Positions 19,078-28,866 of a stretch of DNA of 64,000 bases are shown piece by piece. The notes below the pieces were generated by a model. That model worked only from the letters and a program-made list of their open reading frames with translations. It made no database searches and was not told the DNA's origin. The stretch spans positions 1-64,000 of IMG/VR virus record IMGVR_UViG_3300035696_000016; one strand, written 5' to 3'. Position 1 is the first letter of the stretch; each line of letters begins with the position of its first letter. The stretch comes from a virus. The translations under genes and the position numbers were made by a program.

Positions 19078-20175
19078 ATGAAAATCGGTAATGATGTCGA
19101 TCGCTTTCACTCGATTGTTAAAGGTAAAGTTCGCAAAGACTTAAAAAGGTTTGCGACGAGTGATGCTATGACCGCGCAAGTTGGCGGTAAAGTCATCAAA
19201 GTGCCCTTGGCAAGCATTGATCTTCCACGATTTACGTTCGGTGGGCAAGGCGGTGGTTCAGGCATGGGCGAAGGCGACGTTGGCGATCCAATGGGGCCAG
19301 GTAAAGGTAAGCCCGGCAAAGGTGATAAAGCAGGCGAAGGTGAAGGCGATCATATGTTCGTTGAGTTTGATCGCGATGAACTTGTTGATATGCTCAAAGA
19401 GGAACTTGAATTACCAGATCTTGAACCAAAAGGTAAGGGCGGTGTTAATTCAGAAAAAGCAAAATGGGATCAGATCTCGCGGGTAGGCAATGATGGACTT
19501 AAACACTTTAAGCGCTCGTATAAAGAGGCATTAAAACGACAAATCTCAACAGGAATGTATAATCCAAGTAATCCAATTGTTATTCCTCAAAAAAATGATT
19601 TTAGATACAAAACATCAAATGTTCAGCCGAAGCCGGAAACTTCGTGTTTTATAGCATATATTCTCGATTGTTCAGGATCCATGACAGACGAGGCTCGTAA
19701 TAGGTTTCAGAAGGTATGTTTTTGGATAGATTTAATTCTTGGTAAAACATATAAAAACATTGAAAGCGTTTTTATTATTCACGATACAAAAGCATCTATT
19801 GTTGAACATGATGAGTTTTTTAAAATTAATTCATCTGGTGGAACGCAAATATCATCAGCGTATAAATTACTTACAGATTTACTCGAAAAAGAGTTTCCGT
19901 TTTCGGAATATAATTCTTATGTGTTTGCCGGAGGCGATGGAGATAATCTTAGTGATGGCGATAATCAGTTATGCGGTCAATTACTAAAAGAGCGTATTCT
20001 TCCAAATTGTAATGCTTTCAATTTTGGTGAAACAAAGACGAATGGTGGTTCGGGTGATTTTGCTCGCTATCTTGAAAAGGATTTTGGTGATAACGATCAG
20101 GTCAACATTGCAACAATAGGATCCGACGATGACATACTTCCTTGTATTAAGTCTTTCTTTAAAAAAGGACAATAA
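19078..20175 (+). CDS. YeaH/YhbH family protein (DUF444, VWA-like)
   Basis: D..RF..IVKGKV, VPL..IDLPRF, Gly-rich segment, ELELP.L.PK, DFRY, DCSGSM, SGGTQISSAY, DGDN. Confidence 0.85.
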   Translation: MKIGNDVDRFHSIVKGKVRKDLKRFATSDAMTAQVGGKVIKVPLASIDLPRFTFGGQGGGSGMGEGDVGDPMGPGKGKPGKGDKAGEGEGDHMFVEFDRDELVDMLKEELELPDLEPKGKGGVNSEKAKWDQISRVGNDGLKHFKRSYKEALKRQISTGMYNPSNPIVIPQKNDFRYKTSNVQPKPETSCFIAYILDCSGSMTDEARNRFQKVCFWIDLILGKTYKNIESVFIIHDTKASIVEHDEFFKINSSGGTQISSAYKLLTDLLEKEFPFSEYNSYVFAGGDGDNLSDGDNQLCGQLLKERILPNCNAFNFGETKTNGGSGDFARYLEKDFGDNDQVNIATIGSDDDILPCIKSFFKKGQ

Positions 20176-20243
20176 ATACAAGGCATAATTTTGTATCTAT
20201 TTAGTAATCGGGGGGTTAATCCCAAAAATACAAGGAGTTCAAT

Positions 20244-20594
20244 ATGTTTAGCCTTTTCCATATAGTATGTCTCGCAATATACGGTCTATATGTATTTTTT
20301 AAAGTAGATCGTAGCAAGCCATGGCCTTGGTTGGTTGCTCATTTAGGTGTTATTGCCGTTGGTGTTTGGGGTATTTTAACACACGCTGATTGGTATCTTG
20401 GTATTGGTTGCGTTCTTGGTCTTGTTCTTGCAGCAAAATCAATGTTTGTTGACAAATTGTCTTTTACGAGCAACGTAAAAACATATCTCTTAAACTTCGT
20501 CCAAGATGCTCTTTTTAGCCCAGTCCACTCTTTTGAAGCGCTATATCAGTGGGTATCTACAAAAGTTAATCTTCCATCTCTTCCAAAAGTTTAA
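20244..20594 (+). CDS. Small membrane protein with about 3 TM segments
   Basis: Three hydrophobic stretches; AGGAG ribosome-binding site. Confidence 0.65.
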   Translation: MFSLFHIVCLAIYGLYVFFKVDRSKPWPWLVAHLGVIAVGVWGILTHADWYLGIGCVLGLVLAAKSMFVDKLSFTSNVKTYLLNFVQDALFSPVHSFEALYQWVSTKVNLPSLPKV

Positions 20595-20648
20595 TTTTAT
20601 TCGTTTCATTGTTTGTTTCCTTTCGTTAGTTGTGTTGTTCGTTGGTCT

Positions 20649-20683
20649 CTCACCCAGTATGTAAAAATGCTGGGTGAGTTTTT
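20649..20683 (+). terminator. Rho-independent terminator
   Basis: CTCACCCAGTAT-GTAAAA-ATGCTGGGTGAG stem-loop followed by TTTTT. Confidence 0.7.
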
Positions 20684-20700
20684 ATATCCGAGTAAGTAAA

Positions 20701-21363
20701 TTGAGAATAATTGGATTGAGCGACACGCATGGACATCATCGCAGGGTGAATATACCTGATGGCGATGTATTGGTGCATGCTGGTGATATTACCATTAGCG
20801 GTCAATTAAAAATTATGAGTGATTTTGCTGAATGGATGGGATCGTTTTCTCATAAAAAAAAGTATGTCATATTCGGAAATCATGATCGATTCCAAGCACA
20901 ATCATACTATCGCGATATGGCTCTCACATATATACAAGATGCTGGTATTACATATCTGCAAGATAGTGAAGATGTAATTGATGGAGTGAAGTTTTATGGT
21001 TCGCCTTGGACACCTGCGTATGGTGAATATTGGTTTATGGCTTCGAGAGGTGAAGATATTGCAAAAAGATGGAATGCTATACCTGATGATGTTGATGTAT
21101 TAATTACACATTCACCGCCATATGATATTCTCGATCAGGTTTTCACAGGAGAGGTTTGGTTTGGAGAAGAGATTATTCGTAATATCGGGTGCGAAATGCT
21201 TGCAAAACGCATTCAACAATTAAAATCATTGAAGGCTCATATTTTCGGGCATTGTCATCCAAGCAGCGGGGTTAAAGTAATCAATGATATCGTATTCGCT
21301 AATTGTGCAATTTTAAATGCTAAATATGAAGTTGTCAATCCGGTGAGAGTAATCGATATCTAA
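20701..21363 (+). CDS. Calcineurin-like metallophosphoesterase
   Basis: SDTHG, HAGD, GNHD, THSPP, FGHCH. TTG 20701 is the probable start. Confidence 0.9.
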   Translation: MRIIGLSDTHGHHRRVNIPDGDVLVHAGDITISGQLKIMSDFAEWMGSFSHKKKYVIFGNHDRFQAQSYYRDMALTYIQDAGITYLQDSEDVIDGVKFYGSPWTPAYGEYWFMASRGEDIAKRWNAIPDDVDVLITHSPPYDILDQVFTGEVWFGEEIIRNIGCEMLAKRIQQLKSLKAHIFGHCHPSSGVKVINDIVFANCAILNAKYEVVNPVRVIDI

Positions 21364-21381
21364 TAATTCCGTATTTTACTA

Positions 21382-21546
21382 ATGGATTTACTAACTAAAA
21401 CCTCACAATTCGTAGCATCAATAGAAAAACTTGGTGATATCAAATTATTGGTTAAGGCATCAAAAGCACAAGAACAAGCAGCACAGGTTTCGGAAAAAGC
21501 AAGAAAATTATTCAATCATTATATAGAAAGTAGAGAAAGCAAATGA
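21382..21546 (+). CDS. 54-aa helical protein (not in ORF track)
   Basis: MDLLTKTSQFVASIEK...; preceded by TAAT-N6-GTAT. Confidence 0.55.
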   Translation: MDLLTKTSQFVASIEKLGDIKLLVKASKAQEQAAQVSEKARKLFNHYIESRESK

Positions 21547-21812
21547 CAATCGGAACAGCATTATTCCTCGCATTAGCAGTATTCATCGTTTGTGGGTTTG
21601 GGTTTCTTTTGGCGATATATCTAAAAGAGTATAGTCGCGAAGAAAAAACAATCCAAAAACTGGTTGAGCAACAAGAGAAGTATTATGCAAATGCTGGTTC
21701 AATGCCGGTATATGTTTATGACATGCCAGCACCAAAGAAAACAAAATCCACGGAAGACAAGTTTGTAATTCCGGCAGAGGCTACTGGTAAGAGTAAGAAA
21801 AACATTAATTAA
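21543..21812 (+). CDS. Single-TM membrane protein
   Basis: N-terminal hydrophobic helix. Confidence 0.55.
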   Translation: MTIGTALFLALAVFIVCGFGFLLAIYLKEYSREEKTIQKLVEQQEKYYANAGSMPVYVYDMPAPKKTKSTEDKFVIPAEATGKSKKNIN

Positions 21813-21814
21813 TC

Positions 21815-22081
21815 GTGAGTAGAAAATATCTTTCTCCATATGTGAATGGTAATCTTGGTTCAGAAAGTTATTGTCGTCGTTTATTAGGTTCTGACAATAG
21901 TTTCTATGTATGGAGAGCCGTCAAGGGTGAATGGTATCATGTAAGCGGAACTCAATGGGATCCAAGCGTGTCTTGTTCCTCTTTTGAGGAAGCATCTAAT
22001 GCTTTAGATAAGGAACTTATTGAACAAGGATACATCTTTCTTACAGAAGACCAATGGGATAAATATCAATTGTTATGTTAA
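21815..22081 (+). CDS. Tailed protein, family B
   Basis: YLSPY...LDKELIEQGYIFLTEDQWDKYQLLC. Confidence 0.75.
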   Translation: MSRKYLSPYVNGNLGSESYCRRLLGSDNSFYVWRAVKGEWYHVSGTQWDPSVSCSSFEEASNALDKELIEQGYIFLTEDQWDKYQLLC

Positions 22082-22530
22082 TCAATATTCCTCCATTCAT
22101 ATCTTATGTTCGTTCCGAATTCATATTCGATGATATGACGGGACAGCAGTATTTTCAGGATGCAACAGCATTCGCAATATCATCTCGACCAAATGAAACA
22201 TTGAAGTTTGAGATACTTGTAGGTGAAGGTAGGATGTATTCGGAAGTTTCGGTTGCCGCCTTGACGAACAGCAAGGAAGCGGTTAAGTTAAGTGATGAGA
22301 GTTGCAGTTATTCGGTATTCAGCGATGACAAGGTTTCAATTATTGTCCTTGAATACCTTGTTGGATTAGGGACTTGCATTGTCAATAATAAAGATGGTTC
22401 GCATTGGCAAAATGGTCAATATGTATTGACAGTCAAATGGGAAAATCTAAAACAACAGTTGCATCTAATCGAGTTGGATGATGGTAATTACGTGTTTTGG
22501 GACAATGAAGGATTGGTGTGGGGTCAATGA
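22075..22530 (+). CDS. Hypothetical protein
   Basis: 151-aa ORF (NIPP..YVR.EF; HLIELDDGN). Confidence 0.6.
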   Translation: MLINIPPFISYVRSEFIFDDMTGQQYFQDATAFAISSRPNETLKFEILVGEGRMYSEVSVAALTNSKEAVKLSDESCSYSVFSDDKVSIIVLEYLVGLGTCIVNNKDGSHWQNGQYVLTVKWENLKQQLHLIELDDGNYVFWDNEGLVWGQ

Positions 22531-22724
22531 AAAAGATGATTTTTGATCTTTCTAAAACATCAAAGGTTTCTTTTGAATATAGAGCCGATTTTAATGATAT
22601 TTATATGACATTAGGAAGTGTTGGTTCTCGTGGAATAGTCAGTGGAATAGTCATTCATATGGACGAGATTGAAGGGCTATCACTCGCTATTGAACGAGTA
22701 AAAAGACTAATGGTATTAGCGTGA
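22527..22724 (+). CDS. Tailed protein, family C (PC4-like)
   Basis: FDLSKTSKVS..SGIVI..IERVKRLMVLA. Confidence 0.7.
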   Translation: MKKMIFDLSKTSKVSFEYRADFNDIYMTLGSVGSRGIVSGIVIHMDEIEGLSLAIERVKRLMVLA

Positions 22725-22957
22725 AAGAAATAAAACTAAAAATCGAAAGCGAAATGGAAAGGCGATTAGTCGTCAAAGTTTTTGATGATGGTAGTATTGA
22801 CTTAATTTTTGATCGTATGGCTAGTTGGGAAACAACAGACGGAAAACATTTTGAAAGAAATTGGGTATCCGATCATGTCGGAGCGATATCAATAGAGGAT
22901 ATGAAATCGCTTGGTGATGCGATCATAAAAGCATCTAAATTATTGGTATTGATGTGA
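22721..22957 (+). CDS. Tailed protein, family C (PC4-like)
   Basis: RRLVV..W..ISIEDMKSLGDAIIKASKLLVLM. Confidence 0.7.
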   Translation: MKEIKLKIESEMERRLVVKVFDDGSIDLIFDRMASWETTDGKHFERNWVSDHVGAISIEDMKSLGDAIIKASKLLVLM

Positions 22958-23160
22958 AAAATAAAGAACTAACCTTCGATCTTCAAGAAGGATATAGAGT
23001 TAAAATCGTAGTGAGTGGTGCAATATATATTTATATTCAAGAGCATTATAAAGAAGAAGATAAATGGATAAATCTTAGCGATATGTATATTGTGGAAAGC
23101 GATTTTGATAAGTTTGCGGATAGTATTGAAAAAGTTAGAAAACTAATGGTTTTGGCGTGA
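22954..23160 (+). CDS. Tailed protein, family C (PC4-like)
   Basis: FDLQEGYRVKI..IYIQEHYKEEDKW..IEKVRKLMVLA. Confidence 0.7.
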   Translation: MKNKELTFDLQEGYRVKIVVSGAIYIYIQEHYKEEDKWINLSDMYIVESDFDKFADSIEKVRKLMVLA

Positions 23161-23399
23161 AAAATAAATCCTATATCTTTTCCTGCCCGCTCCCAATATC
23201 AAATAAATGGTTTGAGTTTCAGTTTCAATGGCGTGGCAATCTTGCATCAATGTGGGAACTATACTTGAAACGAAGATATAAGCAAGATCACCCAGGCATA
23301 TTTTTTAGTTTTTCAATGTTGAAGTTATTTTTTTTGGAAATGAATATTGCAGATTGCAGACATTGGGATTTTCATAACGACGATTTTGAAGTTCGGTAA
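23157..23399 (+). CDS. Hypothetical protein
   Basis: ORF with QDH.G and D.RHWD motifs. Confidence 0.55.
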   Translation: MKNKSYIFSCPLPISNKWFEFQFQWRGNLASMWELYLKRRYKQDHPGIFFSFSMLKLFFLEMNIADCRHWDFHNDDFEVR

Positions 23400-23440
23400 T
23401 TTAGACACAACAACAAAACAACACAACAAGGAAGAAAACA

Positions 23441-24571
23441 ATGGCATCACCATCATCTAATTTTAACATGCAGCAAATCAATACCAAGGAACTTGCAGAC
23501 ATTACGGCTGCAACGATTCAGTTTGGCGGGAACGTTTTCTCGTGCGCAAGACGTGGAAGCGGTAAGTCAGCAATTGGTAAGTCTTGCATTAGGAACTCGG
23601 GTTTTAGTTCATTATATCTTAATGCCAGCACGTTCGAACGAACGGACGCAGGTGGATTCCCGAAGATTATGGACGTAAAGGAAGCAGAGTTCATTAAGTT
23701 CCTGCTTCCATATTACTACGAAACGCTAATGAAGGGCAATGAAAAGGTTGTCGTTTTCTTCGACGAAATCGATAAGATGGATCATAGCGTTATTGCACCG
23801 CTGCTTGAATTTACCCAGTTCCACACAATCAATGGTCGCAGTCTTCCTAATCTCCAAGCCGTTCTAATGGCAGGAAATCTTCCCAATGAAGGTGGTTCTC
23901 GTCCGCCGCTGCCACTTCTCGACCGTGCAGAGAAGTATCTTGTTGAAGCAACAACAACGCAATGGCTTGACTGGGCAGCAAAGGAAGGCAAGATCCACGC
24001 TTCTATTACAGCGTATCTTCATGATCATCCCGACGATCTTTTCGGCGACACAGATCCGGGCGATGTTTATGCGGATCCTTCTCCACGCGGTTGGCATAAT
24101 TATTCTGAAATCGTCAATTTTGGTGAGCAACATAAATGGGGTCATAATCTTCTAACGCTCAAAGCATCAGGTTGCGTTGGTCGTAAGGCTGGTATCAAGT
24201 ATGCTGCATACTTCGATCACTATCAGGTTCTACTCCCAATCGTTGAGAAGGTTATGCGCGGCGAAGACATCAAGGGTTTTGATGATCTCGAACCAAGCAA
24301 GCGATGTGTTGCATGCATGATTGTTTGTTCTCGTCTTGCACGCATTCTTGATGAGAATGCAGAAAAGAACAAGAACAAAAAGAAGGATGCTCGTGAGTTG
24401 CCGCGAGAGACAGAAACGGTTGCAAGGTTCTTGCGAAAGGTTGATCCGGAGTTGGCACTTGTTAGTATCCGATCACAAATCGGACTTGATCGAACGGTTG
24501 ATATGGATCTTGATCGATCGCCAGAGTTCGATGCAATTTTGAGGGAACTATCTGGTCGTATGAATGGCTAA
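23441..24571 (+). CDS. AAA+ ATPase (MoxR/AAA_5-like)
   Basis: Walker A RRGSGKS, Walker B FFDEID, AGN sensor, LDR, PSPRGW. Confidence 0.85.
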   Translation: MASPSSNFNMQQINTKELADITAATIQFGGNVFSCARRGSGKSAIGKSCIRNSGFSSLYLNASTFERTDAGGFPKIMDVKEAEFIKFLLPYYYETLMKGNEKVVVFFDEIDKMDHSVIAPLLEFTQFHTINGRSLPNLQAVLMAGNLPNEGGSRPPLPLLDRAEKYLVEATTTQWLDWAAKEGKIHASITAYLHDHPDDLFGDTDPGDVYADPSPRGWHNYSEIVNFGEQHKWGHNLLTLKASGCVGRKAGIKYAAYFDHYQVLLPIVEKVMRGEDIKGFDDLEPSKRCVACMIVCSRLARILDENAEKNKNKKKDARELPRETETVARFLRKVDPELALVSIRSQIGLDRTVDMDLDRSPEFDAILRELSGRMNG

Positions 24572-24874
24572 TTGAGAACGATAGCGTTTGAAATAGATGA
24601 TGACCGTTGTGGAGGCAAGCCCTGCCTCCCCGGTCATCGTATTACAATAAATCAAATAATCGCTATGGTCATTCAAGGAATGACAAGAGACGAGATTTTT
24701 GATTACTGGGGACAAGATTATTTTAATGATCTTGACTTGAATGATTACATTGACTTCGCACAACGTGTTGTTGGTGATAATGGTTATTGCCCCGGTGGAT
24801 TGAAGTTTGCAAAGACTTGGCAAGAAGTGGCAGATGAAGAAAAGTATTTAGTTGAGGATGAGAAAATTGTATGA
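24572..24874 (+). CDS. DUF433 domain protein
   Basis: D..RCGGKPCLPGHRITI..I..M...GMT.DEI. Confidence 0.75.
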   Translation: MRTIAFEIDDDRCGGKPCLPGHRITINQIIAMVIQGMTRDEIFDYWGQDYFNDLDLNDYIDFAQRVVGDNGYCPGGLKFAKTWQEVADEEKYLVEDEKIV

Positions 24875-25080
24875 AAGCGAAAATGAAAAAATATGAACTT
24901 GAAGGATTGCTGGCTCATATATGTGATATCATCAATGATCGGTATGAGCGACCAGATATGAAGTTAGAAATTGTGTTTGATTTATGCGCGCAAGCAGCGT
25001 TTGGAGATGAGAGCAATGGAATTGCGCCTATGCCAAAGTTTGAAAAACCAAATAAAAAGCGATCTAAAAAGAAGCCTTGA
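24871..25080 (+). CDS. Hypothetical protein
   Basis: ORF, ATGA-coupled to the upstream gene. Confidence 0.5.
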   Translation: MKAKMKKYELEGLLAHICDIINDRYERPDMKLEIVFDLCAQAAFGDESNGIAPMPKFEKPNKKRSKKKP

Positions 25081-25106
25081 CAGACGCGGTTAAGTGGTTA
25101 TAGTAT
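25077..25106 (+). promoter_or_regulatory. sigma70-type promoter
   Basis: TTGACA(25077-25082) with TATAGT at a 16-bp spacer or TAGTAT at an 18-bp spacer. Confidence 0.55.
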
Positions 25107-25147
25107 TAAAATGTGCAAATTTAACGTTTCATCATTGAGAAAATCAA

Positions 25148-27235
25148 ATGAAGTTTAGCAAAGTTATTGGCAAATGTGATCCGGCTATGGTTAAAGAGGC
25201 TGAAAACAAGTTATCAGCAGTATTTACAGAATTATCGTTGTCATATGACAACAAGGGCCTTGGAAGTAATCTTGGGGGTGACCCCTTTATATTCAATTTA
25301 GTATATCCGCTCCCTCATATATGCGATGCGATGGGCGTTCAAATTGATGAGTTTGAAAAACAGCAAAAAGAAATTGAAAAGAAACTTGCTAATGGTGAAG
25401 AACTAACAAAAGAAGAAAAAGATCAAATATCTGACGAGGTAAAAAAATACAAAAAACATATGAAGGGCAAGGTATTGCGCACCGCTGCTACGAATGGCAG
25501 GCAATTCTTTTGGGCTCCTGACTTCGTAATCAAGAAATCAAAGATTGGGCTACGATTAGTTGTAATCCATGAGGCTCTCCACGCACATCTCAGTCATCCT
25601 TCCCGTCGCGGATCTCGTCTTCCACGTCTATTCAATATTGCAATTGACTACAAGGTCAATCACGTTGCATTGATGGATCTAAAATCGCGTGGTCGTAAAG
25701 ATTATATCCAAGACTTCAAAAAAGAACTCGGAGACTTCATTGCATTAGAAGAACTCGCTCAATTGTATCGAGATCCGTTCAATCCTCCCGAAAGACTCGC
25801 GCACTTCAATCCGATCCATAATCTTCGTGAGCAAGCGGATCCTGCATATAAGCATCCCGGTGATGATGCTCCTCCAATGTATTATGCAGAAGAAAAACTC
25901 GAAGGCGATATGTTGAAGCCCGAGAATATCTATGCATACTTGTATTCTTGTATTCCCAAATGCCCGAAATGTGGGAAACTTGGAATGTATAAAAAGCCAG
26001 ATGAATACAAGAAACTTCAAAAGCAAATTGAAGACCAGAAAAAGAAAGACGCAGAAGCGAAGGCTAAAAAAGAAGCCGAAGGCAAAGATCCGTCTGCTGC
26101 TAATGCCAAAGACGAAGAACAAGCGGATAACCAGACTAATCCCGGCACTGGTAAAGGAAAGAAAACTCAAAAGCCCACTGGTAAAGGTTCGCATGCTGGT
26201 AAAGGAATGAAGGGTCAAAAGAACGATCAGCACGATCCTTCCGATGAAGGTGAGAGTTGCGAACACGAAGGTCAATGCGATAATCCACAAAGCGGCAAAG
26301 GTCAAAGCAAAGGGGAAGGGCAAGGTCAAGGCGAAGAGAGCTCAGAAGGGCAATCTGGCGCTGGCAATGGGCAACAAGAGGGCGAGGGCGAAGGTGGCGC
26401 TTGCTGCGATGGTGAGGAACAAGGTCAGGGTCAAGGTGGCAGTTGTGGGGAACCCGGCGACAAAGAAGGTTCATGTGGGTCATGTGGTTGCCCGACTTGT
26501 GGCGGTGGCGATAGTGAATACGTTGATCCATTCGGTCATGGCGATCTAACCGACGAACACATGGATTGTGATGTGTCAGAAGATGAATTGGCAAAGCGAT
26601 TGTATGATGCTGCGGAAATGGCAAAACGTCTTGGTGGCAAAATTCCACTTGGAATGGAAGATGAGATTGGTGAATTGCTCGCTCCTAAGATTCGTTGGGA
26701 AGACATCGTTAGACAATTGATGACCAAAAAACGAGACGGCATGGGACGTAATAATTGGCAAAAACCAAAGAGCAGACCATTGTTTGCTGGGCTATATGTT
26801 CCCAAGAAGGAAGATTATTTTCTTAATATCTTGGTAGCATACGATTGTTCGGGATCGATGAGCGCAGAAGACATAGCACACGGTATTAGTCAGTTGCAAG
26901 TAATTGATACACGCGGTGAATTGAGTTGCGTTGCGTTTGATTGCGTTGCGTACTGGGATCAAATGGTCAAGATCAAGAAAGCGGATAAAGAAAATCTGGC
27001 AAAATTGATTGCCGTCGGACGCGGAGGTACCGCAGTTAATCTCGTATTCAATCAGTATGAGAAACATTGTGGCAAGGTAGATCTAATCATTATTATCAGT
27101 GATTTATATTTGAGTGATACAGAACTCAATGATGTCAAAAAACCGGGCAAGGAAACAGATGTGCTATGGTTATGCACAAGTGAAAATAAATGGAGGCCGC
27201 CATTCGGTAGAGTAAAGTCATTGCGCAATGAGTAA
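25148..27235 (+). CDS. DUF2201-type metallopeptidase-like plus VWA protein (AAA+ partner)
   Basis: TAATNG, HEALH, FNIAIDYKVN, G/E/Q-rich linker, DCSGSM, GRGGT, ISD. Confidence 0.85.
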   Translation: MKFSKVIGKCDPAMVKEAENKLSAVFTELSLSYDNKGLGSNLGGDPFIFNLVYPLPHICDAMGVQIDEFEKQQKEIEKKLANGEELTKEEKDQISDEVKKYKKHMKGKVLRTAATNGRQFFWAPDFVIKKSKIGLRLVVIHEALHAHLSHPSRRGSRLPRLFNIAIDYKVNHVALMDLKSRGRKDYIQDFKKELGDFIALEELAQLYRDPFNPPERLAHFNPIHNLREQADPAYKHPGDDAPPMYYAEEKLEGDMLKPENIYAYLYSCIPKCPKCGKLGMYKKPDEYKKLQKQIEDQKKKDAEAKAKKEAEGKDPSAANAKDEEQADNQTNPGTGKGKKTQKPTGKGSHAGKGMKGQKNDQHDPSDEGESCEHEGQCDNPQSGKGQSKGEGQGQGEESSEGQSGAGNGQQEGEGEGGACCDGEEQGQGQGGSCGEPGDKEGSCGSCGCPTCGGGDSEYVDPFGHGDLTDEHMDCDVSEDELAKRLYDAAEMAKRLGGKIPLGMEDEIGELLAPKIRWEDIVRQLMTKKRDGMGRNNWQKPKSRPLFAGLYVPKKEDYFLNILVAYDCSGSMSAEDIAHGISQLQVIDTRGELSCVAFDCVAYWDQMVKIKKADKENLAKLIAVGRGGTAVNLVFNQYEKHCGKVDLIIIISDLYLSDTELNDVKKPGKETDVLWLCTSENKWRPPFGRVKSLRNE

Positions 27236-27297
27236 TTTTTAATTTTTAGGCATTATACGATATAGAATAAGAACTCACTATTACGGAGGCTTGTTCT

Positions 27298-28272
27298 ATG
27301 GTTTATATAAATAAAAACGCTAAAACATTAACTAACTTACAACATCAGGTTTTAATCGGATCTTTACTGGGAGATGGTTGCCTCGGTATTCGAAAAGATA
27401 GTATTAGCCCAAGACTAACAATTAGAAGACAGATTAATGATCTTCCATATTTGGAATGGCAATTTGAAGTTTTCAGAAATCTATGTAGAGATAAAGCAAT
27501 AACAACAGGAAAAGTATGGGATGAACGGTATCAAAAGTTTTACCCATATTGTAATTTAGAAAGTCGTTATATCCCTGCGTTTAAAGAATACCATAATAAA
27601 TGGTATGGAACAGGAGAAAAACGAATACCAAAAGATTTAAAATTAACGCCGCTAATTATAGCGGTATGGCTTTGTGATGATGCTCATGTTAGGGTTTCGA
27701 AAATAAATGAAAAAAGATTAGGAATAAAGTTTCATACGCAGGGATTTACCGAAGATGATGTTTTATTTTTACAAAAATTATTAAACGATAGATATAATAT
27801 TAAATTCACCATGCAAATGGCTGGTAAAAATAAAAAAGGATGGACTATATCTGGTTCAGACCATCAGACACGGCTTTTATTAAAAGATATAGATAATGTT
27901 TTCCCGATATCTATGACTAGGAAAAGTGATGTATGGAGGAATAAAACCACTTGTTTTTATGAAAATGAACCAAAACAATTTCAAGGTCATATTATAGAAA
28001 GTATAAATACTGATATTTTATATGAAAAATTATCAGTTATTAATCATAATATAACATCAGATATGTTTGTAAATGATGAGGAAATTATAATAAATAAAAA
28101 AATGGAGTTGCCGGCTCGACGTAGTGGAATTAATTATAGACTAAAATATCTAATGAACAAAGGATATCTCATCAGAACAGGAAAAGAAGACCATACATTT
28201 TTATACACCATCACGCCCGCAGGCAAATCATTCTTCCAATCTTCACTGGATGGCATGATAGAAAATAAATAA
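27298..28272 (+). CDS. Free-standing LAGLIDADG endonuclease with C-terminal wHTH
   Basis: LIGSLLGDG, KRIP..LTPLIIAVWLCDD, HTQGFT. Confidence 0.85.
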   Translation: MVYINKNAKTLTNLQHQVLIGSLLGDGCLGIRKDSISPRLTIRRQINDLPYLEWQFEVFRNLCRDKAITTGKVWDERYQKFYPYCNLESRYIPAFKEYHNKWYGTGEKRIPKDLKLTPLIIAVWLCDDAHVRVSKINEKRLGIKFHTQGFTEDDVLFLQKLLNDRYNIKFTMQMAGKNKKGWTISGSDHQTRLLLKDIDNVFPISMTRKSDVWRNKTTCFYENEPKQFQGHIIESINTDILYEKLSVINHNITSDMFVNDEEIIINKKMELPARRSGINYRLKYLMNKGYLIRTGKEDHTFLYTITPAGKSFFQSSLDGMIENK

Positions 28273-28288
28273 AAAGGCAAATAAAAAA

Positions 28289-28864
28289 ATGGATGATGGT
28301 ATATTCGTATTAATAGTAGCCGGACTTATGATAGGCGGAATATTATTAGCGATAAAATCAATTATACATAAATACTATATTCGCAAATACTATAAGAGTC
28401 TAATAAGACTAAAAAATATGGGACTTACAAAAGATGAAAAGGACATTCTCAATATTATTGAGACTGCGGATGATTTAGCAAATATTCGTATTCTCACTGG
28501 GGCTAACCGACCTGATCTTTTAGTAAAATTGCGAGAGGCAAAAGAGAAACAGTTTCTTGCTCATATTATTATGTTTGGTGGCTACTTAATTTATTTACAC
28601 ATATATCATAAATATGATATGCCATTCCCATCGTTGTTTTTATTGGAGGAGGATAAAAAAGAACTTGCTTTCCAAGCAAACGCATTCGATGTTATAATGG
28701 CTATGATCGGTATGGCGGGTGAGAAAATAAGAAATAAAATGAAGCAAAACGAGTGGGAAGTTTTTATTGATCTCGCTGGATATCATATGAGCCTTCGTAG
28801 TGGGAAAGCGTATGGAGCGTTCAATTCTTGGCTAAATGAAATTAATTGGTTAGAGGAAAATTAA
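28289..28864 (+). CDS. Hypothetical membrane-anchored protein
   Basis: N-terminal TM helix. Confidence 0.55.
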   Translation: MDDGIFVLIVAGLMIGGILLAIKSIIHKYYIRKYYKSLIRLKNMGLTKDEKDILNIIETADDLANIRILTGANRPDLLVKLREAKEKQFLAHIIMFGGYLIYLHIYHKYDMPFPSLFLLEEDKKELAFQANAFDVIMAMIGMAGEKIRNKMKQNEWEVFIDLAGYHMSLRSGKAYGAFNSWLNEINWLEEN

Positions 28865-28866
28865 AA

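Noticed and set aside
23493-27067. Numerous alternative-frame and antisense ORFs in the track (e.g. 25745-26329, 26136-26648, 461-871)
   Set aside because: They are shadows of well-supported genes in GC-richer regions, with no motifs or independent start signals.
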